A DNA stretch of 63,293 nucleotides, the filler included, from Reclinomonas americana ATCC 50394 (taxonomy: Eukaryota), in assembly GCA_048213135.1 (NCBI GenBank). It is 12 parts of 12 records of this genome, joined end to end, with 100 filler letters (N's around TTAATTAATTAA, not from the genome) between each part and the next. Parts side by side here need not be neighbours in the genome. Positions count along the whole stretch, not along the records: positions 22,653 to 28,983 come from AFZH01022460.1; positions 29,084 to 31,124 come from AFZH01022461.1; positions 31,225 to 44,465 come from AFZH01022462.1; 9 more parts are not named here. The stretch is one strand, 5' to 3'. Both the position numbers and the translations under genes were made by a program. The notes below the pieces were generated by a model that did not search any database, had not been told where the DNA came from, and saw nothing but the letters and a program-made list of their open reading frames with translations. Of the stretch, positions 25,207 through 38,098 are shown piece by piece. Within the stretch, counting starts at the first letter, position 1. The number at the start of each line of letters is the position of its first letter.

Positions 25207-28200
25207 CTACATGCTATCCCGTACACAGTGGAACATGCACTGTGCAGTGTGCACAAAGCCAAAGTCGCGCTGCTTATTCAGACCAAAGTCCTTGCGCTTC
25301 TTGAGCACCTTTTGGAACTCGTGCGCATTGAGCTTGCCGTCGCCGTCGGTGTCGAACACGTAGAACAGGATGTCGACCTGCACGTCCGAGAGGTGCACAC
25401 CGGCCACGGCGCGCGCCGCTCGCTTCAGGGTCGACTTGCTCAGCTCGCGACCGCAGTCGGTAAACGTCTTGACGGCCTGCACGGAATCAATAGTAGGTGA
25501 GGGGACGCGAACAGGATTCGTATTCCACAACAAAATATAACCTTGGTAATGTCGTCCACGTATCGCAGCATGTGATGGAACTCACGGAACTGGTCCCACG
25601 AAATGTTCTCCATGCCACTGCGCTCCGACTCGTCTCGCAGCTTCTCCAGACGATCCAAATACTTGGAGAAGAAGCGAGCCTCGACGGCGCCGACCAGCGA
25701 CAGGGCGAACGAGTGCGGTGAGATGAATCCCGACTTGTTCGTGTCGTGTGAGTCGAATTCCAGGCGCAGCACCTGCAGCGGGGAAGGGGATTAGAGGGGA
25801 AGGAGGGAAGGGGGGAAGGGGGAAGGGGGAAGGGGGAAGGAGGGAAGGGGGAAGGGGAATGGGAAGGGGAAGAGGATAAGGGGAAGGGGGGATGGGGGAG
25901 GTGGGAAGGGGGGAAGGGGGGAAGGAGGGAAGGGGGAAAGGGGGAAGGAGGGAAGGAGGGAAGGGGGAAGGGGGGAAGGAACAGGAGGAAGGAGGGGCAA
26001 GGAGAGGATATGAAGTGCGGAAGGGGAAAGAGGGAAGGGGAAGGGGAAGGAAGGGGAAGGAGGGGGAACAAAAGGAGAAGAAGAAAAAGAACGAGGAAGA
26101 GAGAAATGTGGGATGGATAAAAGAGAGAAAAACGAGAAGTGGAGGAGAGAATATGAGAAGGAGAAGGAAGAGAGGAAGAGTTGAACAGGACAGGGGTTCG
26201 AAATGGAATGGGAAGGGAGAGAGAGAACAACTGCAAAGCAGCGAGCGAAAAGGTAGACAGTGCCACACACGTAGAGGAAGAGAGGAAGAGAGCATATCAC
26301 AGCACCGCCCTCTAACCTCATTGTGCAAATCGCTGACGAAATTGAAGAACGTGTCAAACTTGAGTGGTTCGCCCTTGGGGAACAGCAGCTTGGAGATGTT
26401 GGCCGGCACCACATTCTTCGGCGCCAGATTGTTCATCTGACTCGCAGACGGGCTGCGTCGTCGCATGGCCGAGATAACAGCACGGAACTGCGAGGAGGAG
26501 GAGGAGTGAGACACACAGGCATGAGGGGGGGATCACTGTGCGAGTAAACGCACCTCATCGCGATCGACGACACCATTCCCATCGAGATCAAACATCTTGA
26601 AGGCGATGCTGAAATCGTCGAGCGGAATGCTTAGCAGGGTGATGAAGAACATGTACTCGTCGAACGACACGAGGCCATCGCCATCGTCGTCGATCAGACG
26701 GAAAAACGGTGATGATGACGCAATGAGCTCCTCGCGCGCCGGGCGCGGACGCTTGGCAGTGGTGCCACTCGTGGTTGATGGCTCGCGCTGCACATGAGGG
26801 GGAAGTGTGGGCGGAGTCTCAAGAATAGGGAAAGGAGAGTTGATGGTGGCGACGGCAGAGAAGGAGAGAGTGGACAAATATGGGGACTGGAAGGCACCAG
26901 ACTCGGAGAGCAACAGTCACAGAGAACGGGGAACAAAATGTGCAGATGACAGCAGATCAAGAGTGGCGATATACAAGGGAGTATGAAAGCAACTGCTGGT
27001 CTTTGGGAACGAACTGGAAGAGAACCAGCAATGCAGACACGCGGAAGGGAAGCAACAGTGCGTGGCGATGAGGCAGCAGATCGAGTGTGGAGATGAGGCA
27101 ATTTTAGGAACTGAGGAACGAAATGGAAGAGCACCAACAATAGAGACAGGTGGAACGGAAGCGAGTGATGACACCGAAAGACTGCATCTAATATGGAGAA
27201 CGCAGGTGAAAAGAGATTGATGGAAGAACGAGAGACTGCATGTGCAAACGAGTGAAGACAGAGAAGTTGAGCAGAAGCAAACAAACTGGAATAGAACCAC
27301 GCATGGAGCGACCATGGCGATGATAGAAAACTACTGCAAACACAACCTCCCTGCCTCTCTCATCACTCACCGCAGCCGCAGCAAACGGAATGATACTATG
27401 CACGAAATCCTGCGGCGTCATGTAATAGACGCCATTCTCCTCCACCGACGCAAAGTACTCGAACACCTTTTGCGGCGACGACATCTCCCGCACACGATTC
27501 TCATAGTTCAGCAGCACACGATCGCGCAATGAGGACTTGGAGTCACCCTGGAAAAAGCAAATCACAAAGAGATCAGTGGATAGAGCAGAGAGTGAGAAGG
27601 AAGAGAGGAGAATGAGAGGGAGAATGAGAGGGAAGAGGGGAGAATGAGAAGGAAGAGTGGAGAGAGAAGGAAGAGTGGAGAGCGAGAGGGAAGAGTGGAG
27701 AGAGAGAAGAGATGAGAGAAGGAAGAGTGGAGAGAGAGAGAGAGAGAAGGAAGATAGGAGTGTGACAAGGAAGAGTGGAGAAAGAGAGAAGGAAAAGAGG
27801 AGAGTGAGAAGGAAGAGAGGAGAGGGAGAAGGAAGAGTGGAGAGTGGGAGGGAAGAGATGAGAGCGAGAAGGAAGAGTGGAGAAAGAAGAGAGGAGAGTG
27901 AGAAGGAAGAGTGGAGAATCAGAGAAGGAAGAGTGGAGAATCAGAGAAGGAAGAGAGGAGAGAGAAGGAAGAGAGAGAAGGAAGAGATAGGAGTGAGAAG
28001 GAAGAGAGGAGAATGAGAAGGAAGAGTGGAGAAAGAGAGATGGAAGAGAGGAGAGCGAGAAGGAAGAGTGGGGGAGTGAGAAGGAAGAGAGGAGAGTGAG
28101 AAAAGAGAGGAGAGAGTGAGAAGGAAGAGAGGAGAGAGAGAGGGAGGAGCGTGAGAAGGAAGAGTGGAGTGCAATCAGTGAGAGAGTGATGAATGAATGA

Positions 28201-28467
28201 GTATGCGTGTGACCTGTGTGTCAGCGCGTGTCAGTGTATGTGTGCCCTTACCTTGTCGGGAGCAGGCACCGAGGCCGAGGGCGGAGCTTGCACAGAAGAG
28301 GACGACGAAGACGACGACTCACTTTCATCGGCCACCACCAAGTTGACAGCCAACACTCCTGCAGCAGTCGAGGCCACCGCAAGCACACCAGCAGTCGCTG
28401 CAGCAGTGGAACACGAGGGCTTCCTCCTGCGCAGAGAGAGAAGAGTGTGAGTGATTGCGCGCGACAT
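25207..28467 (-). CDS. MICU1: Mitochondrial calcium uptake protein (MICU family, EF-hand gatekeeper)
   Basis: LLNYENRVREMSSPQKVFEYFAS..MTPQDFVHSI; EF hands DDDGDGLVSFDEY, DLDGNGVVDRDE and DTDGDGKLNAHEF; LKRAARAVAGVHLSDVQVDILFYVF; presequence MSRAITHTLLSLRRRK. Confidence 0.92.
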
Positions 28468-28669
28468 CGCCACTCGTTGCGTTTGTGTGCGCGTAACTGC
28501 AGCGCAGGCAGCAGACGCGTGACAGCAGCTGCCACCAGCCCAACAAACCGCATCTCTTTGCGTCAAAAGAAAGCAAGAGAGAGAGTGCAAGTTTTCCCGC
28601 CAACGCGAGTCTGAAACGGCTCTCTTTGTTTTGTTTGTCTCTTTCTTAGTTTGTTTTGTTTTTTCTGTA
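28468..28669. promoter_or_regulatory. Putative bidirectional promoter between MICU and MCU
   Basis: 202 bp separate the two divergent ATGs, on a single contig. Confidence 0.6.
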
Positions 28670-28811
28670 ATGTTTTTGCGCTGTCGAGCAGTGCTGTCGG
28701 CGGCGAATGCGTTTCCGCGGTTGTTGCGGGCGGCGCCTACAGTAACGCTCAGGCAATCGTCGTCGGTGTTGTTGTTTTCGTCGCAAGCTGGTGTGTGAGA
28801 AGAGAGAGGAG

Positions 28812-28851
<40 letters not shown>

Positions 28852-29093
28852 GAGGGAGGAGGAGGAGAGAGGAGGTGTGTGTGTGTAGTAGAGTACGTAC
28901 GTTAGTTAGTACGTACGTAACGTTAACGGTTAACGTTACGTTACGTTACGTTACCGTTTACCGGTACCGGTAAGGTAAGGGTANNNNNNNNNNNNNNNNN
29001 NNNNNNNNNNNNNNNNNNNNNNNNNNNTTAATTAATTAANNNNNNNNNNNNNNNNNNNNNNNNNNNNNNNNNNNNNNNNNNNNCGTCGTGTGC

Positions 29094-29142
<49 letters not shown>

Positions 29143-31124
29143 AGAGGGAGAGAGAAGGGTGCTTGTGTGTGATGAGCATTTGATCAGTAAGTCATTGCAT
29201 TCGCAGAGAGTGAGGAGACTGAGTGGGCATGATTGTGTGTGTGTGTGTGTGAGAGAGGCACTCACAGAGAAAGCAGAGAGAGAGGGGAGAGTGTTTGTGT
29301 GTGATGAGCATTCTATCAAGTCGTTGCATTCTCCGTCGCATGATGAGTTTGAGTGGAGAGAGATTGAGATTGAGAGAGAGGGAGAGAGTGAGTGAGTGTG
29401 TGTGTGTGAGAGAGAGAGAGGCACACACATACGCACAGAGAGAGAGAGGGGAGAGTGTTTGTGTGTGATGAGCATTCGATCAGTCATTGCATTCTCCGTC
29501 GTTGATGTGTTGAGTGAGAGATTGCGTGCCTCCTCTCTCTCTCTCTCTCAGTGTTGCGCTCTTCCACTCGCTTGCTGCACTCGTTGACCTCTCAAACACT
29601 GTGTCATTCACTCGTCTCTTGCTTCTCCTCTCTCTCACTCACTCACCCATGTTGCTCTCATCCTTCCTTCCTCTCTTGCTCTCCTGGCACGCTGCCTCTT
29701 CTCACTCCACTCTCTCAGCTCTCACTTGCCTCTTTCCGTTTCGACCTCTTTACTCTCCTGCATGCACTCCTCTCCTTTCTCTCCTTCTCTCTTCTCACTC
29801 CACTGTCTCTCTCTCTCTCTCTCTCTCACTTGCTTCTTTCCTTTCGTCTTCTCCTGGCACTCTGCATCATTCGTTCATTCTCCACTCTCCTTTCCTTCCT
29901 CTCTCCTGCCTCTTTCTTCTTCTCTCACTCTCCTGCTACTCTGCTTCATTCGTTCATTCTCCACTCGTCTTCCCTCCTGTCACTCCCCTTCACTCTCTCT
30001 CACTCCCCTTCACTCACATTGCCTCCTTCCCACTTCGCACTCACTTTCCCTCATCGCTCTCTCTCCCTCCTTGCCTCCACAGCTCCTGCACCAGCAGCTG
30101 CCGCGGCGACGAACGGCGGTGGAGTCTCTCTGCAAGACCTCGACTTGCAGATGCTTGGACGCGGCAATCAGGCGCGCAAGGTTCGCGATGAACTGGCGGC
30201 ATCTCCGCGCTTCCGTCTTACCCTGGACGAGTATCATCACATTGCGGGTGAGTGGGTGTGGTGTGGCGAGAGAAAGAGAGAGAAAACTGCGACGAAAACC
30301 GCCGTTGGTGTTTTTGGTTTCAGTTGCTGTATCGTATCCTCCTCTCTCCTCTCTCTCTTTCCCCCCAATCCCTTCGCTTAACACGAGAGAACGAGAGAGA
30401 AAACTGCGACGAATACCGCGGTTTGTGTTTTTGTTTTAGTTCTTGTATCGTATCCTCCTCTCTCTCTCTCCCTCACTCCTCTTCTCTCTCTTTCCCCCCA
30501 GTCCCTTCGCTTAACGCCACCCTTCCCCTTTTCCCACCACAGCGGCCCACGGTTTCAACCGCACCGACGGCGAGCAACTGCTTCGCGCGCTGAACACCAT
30601 CGGCGACGTGCTGTTCGTGGCCGACGCCAAGGACGAGCGACTGCGCACGTCGGTGTACCTGCACCCGCAGGCCATCACCGATGAGGTGTTTGGACGACTG
30701 GGAGTCGGTGCGGATTTTGTGGAGCAGGAGCAGAAGCGAGTGACGGCGGCGCTGGAGGTGTTGCGTGGCGAGTTCAAGTCGTTGGATGCGCAGAAGCAGT
30801 TGTTGGATAACCGCGCACACCGTTACACCAAGCGCGTGCTGTGGGGTGGCATGGGATTGTTGCTGGCGCAGTTTGGCACATACGCGCATTTGACGTGGTT
30901 TGGTGCGTGCTCATGCCCTTGACCACGTGCATCCATGTCACTCAACATCTCCTTTCCTTTTAATCGCAGTGCTCTCCTGGGACGTCATGGAACCCGTCAC
31001 ATTCTTTGTGGGCCAGGCCTTTGTTATTGCGGCCTACTCGTATTTTGCGTTCACGAAACGAGATTACACGTTGCGTGCACTTTATGTACTGCATCGCTCT
31101 CATCTCAATAACTCACCGCCTCTT
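28670..31124 (+). CDS. MCU: Mitochondrial calcium uniporter pore subunit (3' end lost in gap)
   Basis: Exon 1 (28670-28790) encodes presequence MFLRCRAVLSAANAFPRLLR.. and is phase-1 compatible with the exon at 30083. Coiled coil followed by TM1-YAHLTWF|VLSWDVMEPVTFF-TM2 (DIME-type filter) and TKRDYT. Confidence 0.92.
29150..29510. repeat. Three diverged ~50-bp blocks (GTGTTTGTGTGTGATGAGCATT..TCATTGCATTC) separated by GA/GT microsatellite, in MCU intron 1
   Basis: Motif recurs near 29160, 29290 and 29455. Confidence 0.75.
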
Positions 31125-31224
31125 NNNNNNNNNNNNNNNNNNNNNNNNNNNNNNNNNNNNNNNNNNNNTTAATTAATTAANNNNNNNNNNNNNNNNNNNN
31201 NNNNNNNNNNNNNNNNNNNNNNNN

Positions 31225-32643
31225 CGTCGCGGAGTCAGCAGCAGGAGAGGCAAAAAGGGAAGGCTGAGTAGATTGAGGACCTTTTCGACAATGAACGCAG
31301 TGACTCCCTTGGAGCCGGCATTCGGGTCGGTCTTGGCGTACACAATCAGGACGTCGGCATCGGGGCCGTTGGTGATCCACATCTTGTTGCCGTTGAGGAT
31401 GTAGCGGTCGCCTGCGCGAGATGGTCAGTCGCCACACTGCGGCTGTGCGTGTGCATCTCTCTGCGTGCTCACCCTTCTTCACGGCACGAGTCTTCATCGA
31501 GCCAATGACATCGGAACCAGCACCGGGCTCACTCATCGCCAGTGCACCGACATGATCACCCGAAATGAGCTGCAGCGACGGTGAGGAGATCGAAAGAGCA
31601 AGAGAGCACAATCGATGCATGGTCACCTTTGGCAAGTACTTGTGTCGCTGTGCGTCATTGCCGACACGAGCCAACCGATCCACACACAGATTGCTGCACC
31701 AGTTGTCAGTATCACACGTCTACTTCGCACAGAAACACGCTCGCTGGCTCGCCTGTGAGCACCATAGCTGAGAGCCACAGAACCCGAGGCACGGCTCAGC
31801 TCCTCCACGACCAACGCATGCTCCAGCACGCCCAAACCCAGGCCACCAAACTCAGCTGCGCACACAACACACCAGCGTCAACACTCTCCTCCTCCACCAC
31901 TACAGATCGAGCAGGAAGCCTCGCAACGATCGACCGACAAGCCCAACAGTCCCATGTCACCAAAGCGCTTCCACATGTGCTGCAGATGCCACTGTGATTA
32001 GCCTTGAGTAGTAGAGAGTGAGAGATAGAGTTATGCATACCATCGGGAACTCATTCTTGCGATCGACCTCGTCGGCAATCGGCGCCAGCTCGGCTTGCGC
32101 GAACTTTTCGACGGTGCTTTTCAGCTGTAGGAGTGTGAGAATGTGAGAATCTCTCTCGAAAATGAAATCGAGTGTGACCGATCGTCTCCTTTTGCTCTCA
32201 CTATAGCAACATGTGTGTCTGTGTTGTTAGTATGTGTGCGGCATACCTCCTTTTGCTCGTCGGTGAGGCGGAACATGTCCATGTTCACTGCAAAGCCCAT
32301 TGACCGCGTGCTGATGCGCGTCAATGTGCTCACAGGCTGTGTGTGTATGTGTGAGAGAGTGAGCACAGAGAGCGAGTGTGAGAAGAGAATAAAAAGATGA
32401 GGAAAACGAACAAACAATGACATGATGATGACGGTGGATCATTCGTGAATGCGACTGAGTGTTTGACAGTGTGCAATGAATGATCACAGTGCACGCAGAG
32501 AGAGGAAGAGAGTGAGAGAGAGTGTGAGAGTGAGACTCCGCGCAGTCAATGACTGATCGTTCTCTCTTTTTTCTTTTCTTGCATGTGTCACTATTGTCTC
32601 TTGTGCACGCAACAGCAGTGTGCCGCAATGCTCGTTGCAACAT
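31225..32643 (-). CDS. IVD: Isovaleryl-CoA dehydrogenase, mitochondrial (5' half; remainder in gap)
   Basis: [84 protein letters not shown]; presequence [10 protein letters not shown]. Confidence 0.93.
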
Positions 32644-32876
32644 GATCGCAAAAAAAGAAGTGATGAGTGATCGTTTGCCCGTTGATTGCAATGGACGGTG
32701 AATCGCACATACTATTGCGCGCGCTTTCTTGCAACGCACACACGCCCCACTCGCCCGGTGAGTCGTCATGCACAGAGACACAGCGATACACACACGCACA
32801 CGCCTGCAAATCGAATGCACAGTCGCATAAGTGTGTCAACATGTCACTCACACAAGGACAACACACTCTCACACAG

Positions 32877-34211
32877 ATGGCTGCCTCCTCCGCGGCCTCT
32901 GCGGCCAAGGAGAGCGCGGACGAGTACACGCGCAGTTACCGCGTCCTGTGGCGCGTTCTCAACGAGTTGCACTTGCTCGACGACGATGACTTTCCTGCTG
33001 TGCGTTCTCCCCTGTCCCTCACTCACTCTCTCACTCACTCTCTCTCTCTCTCCTGACTCATGCTCACTTGCACGCCGACAAATAGGATCTCGTGGTTTCG
33101 CGAGTGAGCGAGGCCACAGTCAAGCACAGTCGTGGACTCTTTGGTGGATTGCAGAATGGAAGTGGAGCTGCTTCTTCTGCTCCAGCCACTGCAGCTGCTG
33201 CACCGTCTGCCTTGCGCACAACGACAACTGTGGTGACGAATGCAGGCGCATCGGAATTGCAGAAATCGTTCTATCGCGATCTCGGCGATGCTGCTGTGCG
33301 TCACTCTTGTGCGCTTGTCCGTGTGTGAAGTGGCCCACTTGTGACACACGCGTTTTAGGCGGTGGATGCGGCGCGTGCGGCTGAGCTGACCAAGACTTAC
33401 ATTCGGGAGACGCGAGCGTGGAGCTCGTTTCGTTTCAATGAGGATGGCAAGGTCAAGGTGCTGGAGTTTTACATGGAGGAGCGGCGCCTGATGGTGCAGT
33501 GTCTGGCGCGAATGGTGGATATGGTGGCGGATCTGCGTGGGGAGGGCATTTCGCGACACAGTGAGACCGTGGCGAAGGAGGCTGCGTCGTGGGTGACGGA
33601 GCACGGTCTGCTGCAGAAGGTGTTGAAGGAGCTGCGGCAGCTGACTGACGACGGCTTCCCGCCGTCGGTCAAGAAGGATGTGGGGCATCGTGCGCGCTGG
33701 TCGGTGCAGCGTGTGCGTGAACGACGCGAGCTGCTGCATTTGCTCATCACCATCATGCTGCGTCTGCCGGACCACATGACGAGTTCGCCAGTGTGCGACG
33801 TTGTGCGCCTCCTGCGCGACACGCAGTTTGGTTTGAAGCGGTCGCCCACGATTTTGCCCAATGCGGAAGGCTTCCTGCCGTCGCTGCAGCACCTGTCGAT
33901 CATTGCCGCGGTGGTGGCTATCGGGTTGCCGTTGATTGGCGTGGGCGATGAGGGGTTGCGTCTGCGAGCAAGCATGCGCAGTCGAGAGGTGCCCACCAGA
34001 GAGACTCATTCTTCTCCTCGATAGACCGCGGTGGCATCCGATCGCCGACAATGTGCAAGAGGTGGCCAAGGTCTACACGGAACCATCGACGGCTGCGGAC
34101 CAGGGCTTGCTGCGACTGACATATGTGGCCTTTGTCAAACTCGCCCGCGAGTTGGTGCCGTCGGATGAGCCGCTGCCGCCGTATGTCGTTGCGTTGGGAC
34201 GTGCTGACTCG

Positions 34212-34247
<36 letters not shown>

Positions 34248-37200
34248 CTGTATGTGTCTCAGTCATGCCATTTCTCGTGCGGCTATCTTGATTGTGCGCC
34301 CACTATAGCCTTTCTCGCTCCCACTAATGTCTCTCTGTCTCCCTTTCTTTCACCCCTACCTCTCTTTGTGTGCGTGCGTGTGTGTCAATCATACCGTGAT
34401 TCGTGCATCTCGCTCGTTGCTGTACCCACCTCGCTTTCCTCTCTCTCTCTCTGTGTCTCAGGCATGCCATTTCTCGTGCATCTATCTTGATTCCGCACCC
34501 GCAGCCCTCACTCTCCACTCATCCCTTCCTGCCTCCCTTCCCCTGTCCCTTTCTGTCTCCCTTTCCCTGCGCACCCTCAGCTCGAAGCCGCCGACCTGCA
34601 AGCCGGTCCTCTCGACTTTCTCCTCGAACTGCTGCGCAGCGAGGCCACGAACGGCAAGCCGGTGTGTGCATTCTGTGTGCAATGTTGATCGTCACTCTAT
34701 TCGCTCGCCCTGCTCACCGACGAGGAACAACAGTACGTAGTGGAGTGGGTGACGGCTGCGTACACCATCCTGCTCGCCGTGGTTACCATGCGAGCAAATC
34801 CCATGATCAATGCCGAGACCGAGGTGGAGCCTGTGGAGGCGGTGCAGTTGCAGGTCGACATTCTGTGCGAGACACTGAAGAGACCAGCCGTGTGTGCCAC
34901 ACTGTGGCTGCCCGACAACTTCGACATGAGTTTCGTGTGTGTCCGGTGGTGTCACACGTTTTGCTGTTGCAGTCGGCTGATAGTATCACGACACACACAC
35001 AGAGGTCATCGACACCTTGCTGCAGGAATTGAAAGTACGTGCTCCGTGGAACGGAGCACCTCTGTTGCAGCTGCTGAGTGGCATGTCGTGGGACGACAAG
35101 TCGGCTTCCACGATGTGCGTGTATCTCTCTGGTCATCGCCGCCACCTTGGTGTCTCTCTCTCTCTGTCTCACGCACATTCGCGTAGCATGCACATGATGC
35201 AGCAGCCGATGGCCAGTTTCACGACGCTGTGTCAGGGGCGCGATCTGAGGGCTCATTTTGACGGTCTCTTTTGCATTCCTCTCGCGCTGCTGGCTGTTCT
35301 GATGGCACTCATGTGTGTGTGTGTGTATGTGTGCAGTGGACAGCAAGTCCGACATGGTGTCGATCCGCAAGGACCGCGAGCACTTTGGCGGGTACCTGGA
35401 TGCGTACAACACGCGGTACGCCATTCCACAATTCACCTACGAAGCCGTTCGACGCCCGGTGGCGCAGCGCGCTGTTGCCGGAGAATACAGCTTGATGGAC
35501 GAGGCATGGTACCTGCTGACCTGGGCACCGATGCCAGTTGCGTGCGAGCGCGCCGAGTGTGCTGGGAGAGAATGGCAATCATTCCGTACTGACCTGGTAC
35601 ATTGCGCACGCAGCGCTGTGCCGGTTGCAAGTCCTTGCCGCCACTCAAGTTCTTCCTCCTGCCCGGCTGTCCAGCCGAGCATCCGCTGTGTGAGGATTGC
35701 TTTTACCGCGTGCTGAGTGAACCAGTGTCCAGCGCCATGGACATTGCGTGCCCGTTCTGCATGGTGAGTACCGTTCCCGTCGTCGCTTCAACGCTCCCGG
35801 TGCGCTCACCATTTGCGAATCATGGCTCGCAGTCGACATCACCAATGCCAAGACCACCGTACTCCTCTCTGGAGGTGAGTGCGTTTTCATTGAAGATCTG
35901 GTTTTCGCGAAACTCACTCCTGTGTGTTGGTCCACAGTTCTCGTCCGTGTCGCCCATCTTTTCACCAATTGCCTTGTACTTCCGCCAGTTGCACTTGCTG
36001 CTGCAGGCACTGAAGCCGCAAACAGAAGTCAATCCATATGTGCGCATGGAGATGTACAATGCGTGCACGCAGTTCCTCTCGCTGTTACACAAGTTCCTTG
36101 TTCGTTGCGTAAGGCCATCTGTTGACTGCACTGGTCGGTGAGTTCGTTGTGTTGACTTCCCACACAGACATGCCCTCGCGAGACACGGTGGCTGTACTGG
36201 ACATGTACATGGCACAGGAATTCCAGCAAGACCCCGAGCAGTCCAGGTTTGGCCGCTCTTGTCCCTACGATGTTCTTGTTTCATGCTGGTCTTGTGCGGC
36301 TTACAGTCGCTCGTCTGCACAGTGGCTCCTTCTGTGGTCTCGTGCTGCAGTTGATCTGCAGCTCGACGCAACAGGGCGTGGCACCACCACCGCCGCAGCT
36401 GTACGCCGAGTGCTTCAATTGTGTCGCTGCCATTGTCGGTGCGGGGCGGTGTGGCGGCAGCGAGTCCGTTCGAGAAAGAGTGTGGCTGCTGACACACTTT
36501 TGCGCAGACATCGACTTTGACATGGTGGACCAGCTGCTGCAGTGGGATTCGTTTATTGCCGGATTGTACTGCATCAATCAGTTGGAGCAGCAAGTGACTC
36601 TGTATCCAGCCACGCAGGCCTTTTTGCAGTTCTCTCGCACGATCATTGACGGGTGAGCATTCCGGCTGTCTGCTGTTGTCATTCAGTTTCGCTCACTGTC
36701 CCCACGACGACAGTTCATATCGACGACCGAATCGAGCCAGTGCCGTGCACTCGCGCATCGTGTTTTGCGTGCAACACGACATTCTCGGCGGCTTCAGTGG
36801 GTGGACGTATCAGCGTCTCTCGGAGCGGTGGACACTGGCGCTGGAGGTTACGCCGTGGAACTGCCTGCGTAGAATGAGATGACAACGCTGCTCACACGCG
36901 ACACATGCAACTCGCAGTGCGTCAAGTTCCTGTCGCGCGTGATCAGTTTCGCGCACCCAGCGCAGGTGCAGGCGCCGGAGAACACTGCGCTGTGGCGCAG
37001 CAATGTGCTTGCCGACGAGCTGCTGCACAATCCGGCGGCGCATGAATCCTTCTTGCAGCTGCTGGCCAGTGCCCTGTCTCACGTGCACAATGTGCGCAAA
37101 CTCGACCGGCTAGAGGAGACTGCGGTGTTGGAGGTTTTGATTGCAGAGGCGCTGCGCTTCGTGCAGACACTCTTTGTGTACCGTGTGAATGCCAGGGTGA

Positions 37201-38046
37201 GTGTGCCTGTGAGAAGAGTGTCACATGTGAACGGACACTAACTGTTTGTCATGGCGCCTGCACAGGATGCGCAAGGAGAACTGCGACTTGCATCGCCATT
37301 CGAAGAGGCGTTTGTGATGCTGGAGCATGGCAGGCAGCGAGCGCACCAGTTTTTGGTGGTGGATGTCATGCATTTGGCCTCCGAGTCCAGTCTGGTGCGT
37401 TTTTCTGTGCGATGATGCCCCTGCTCTCGTTCCGCAGATCTGACACTCTGTTGCTTGCTGGCCGCAGCCGTTGCAAGTATTGAGTACCGAAGTGACGAGT
37501 TTGGTGGCGCTGGCCATTGGAGACTTTAGAATACGACCGCCATCGCTGGTCGGCTACTTGGGACCTGAAGTGCGTGCAGCACGCTCACATGCACGCACAC
37601 TCTCTTGCGGGGATGCTCATCATGTCGTGCCACACAGATCGACACGTACGCACAATCCAATCTCAATTCCTTGTCGTACGAGGGCGAGGCTCCCGAGCTG
37701 CGCACGGCCATTGTCTTGCTGATCAATCGCTCTCTCGGATCGCAAGTGCGTCCTCTTCCGCGCGCTGCATGTGTGTACGAGACAATTTCTCACAACTGTA
37801 TCTGCCTTGTTTGCACATGCAGCCTGGTCTCGCGGGCTACTTCTTGCGTCCACCGGCCGACAACCAGCCGACGGGCCCAGCGACCAAGGCCGTGACTGCA
37901 GCCGCGTCGAGCGTGAAGCTTGCGTCATCATCAACCGCACCTTCGTCATCGGTACCAAAGAATGCCCTCGAAGCGGTTGAGGATTTGTTGGCCGACATTG
38001 CTGGTGCTCTGCGGCGACCGAGGTGCGTGCTGGTGGTGGTAGTCTC

Positions 38047-38098
<52 letters not shown>

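Noticed and set aside
28891..28983. Palindrome-rich TACG/GTTA runs at contig ends (also 61748-61800 and the AACG run at 51952)
   Set aside because: Occur only at gap edges and follow the T-A-C-G flow order, typical of pyrosequencing read-end noise.
30268..30515. Duplicated ~120-bp segment in MCU intron 2
   Set aside because: Simple local duplication with no coding or structural signal.
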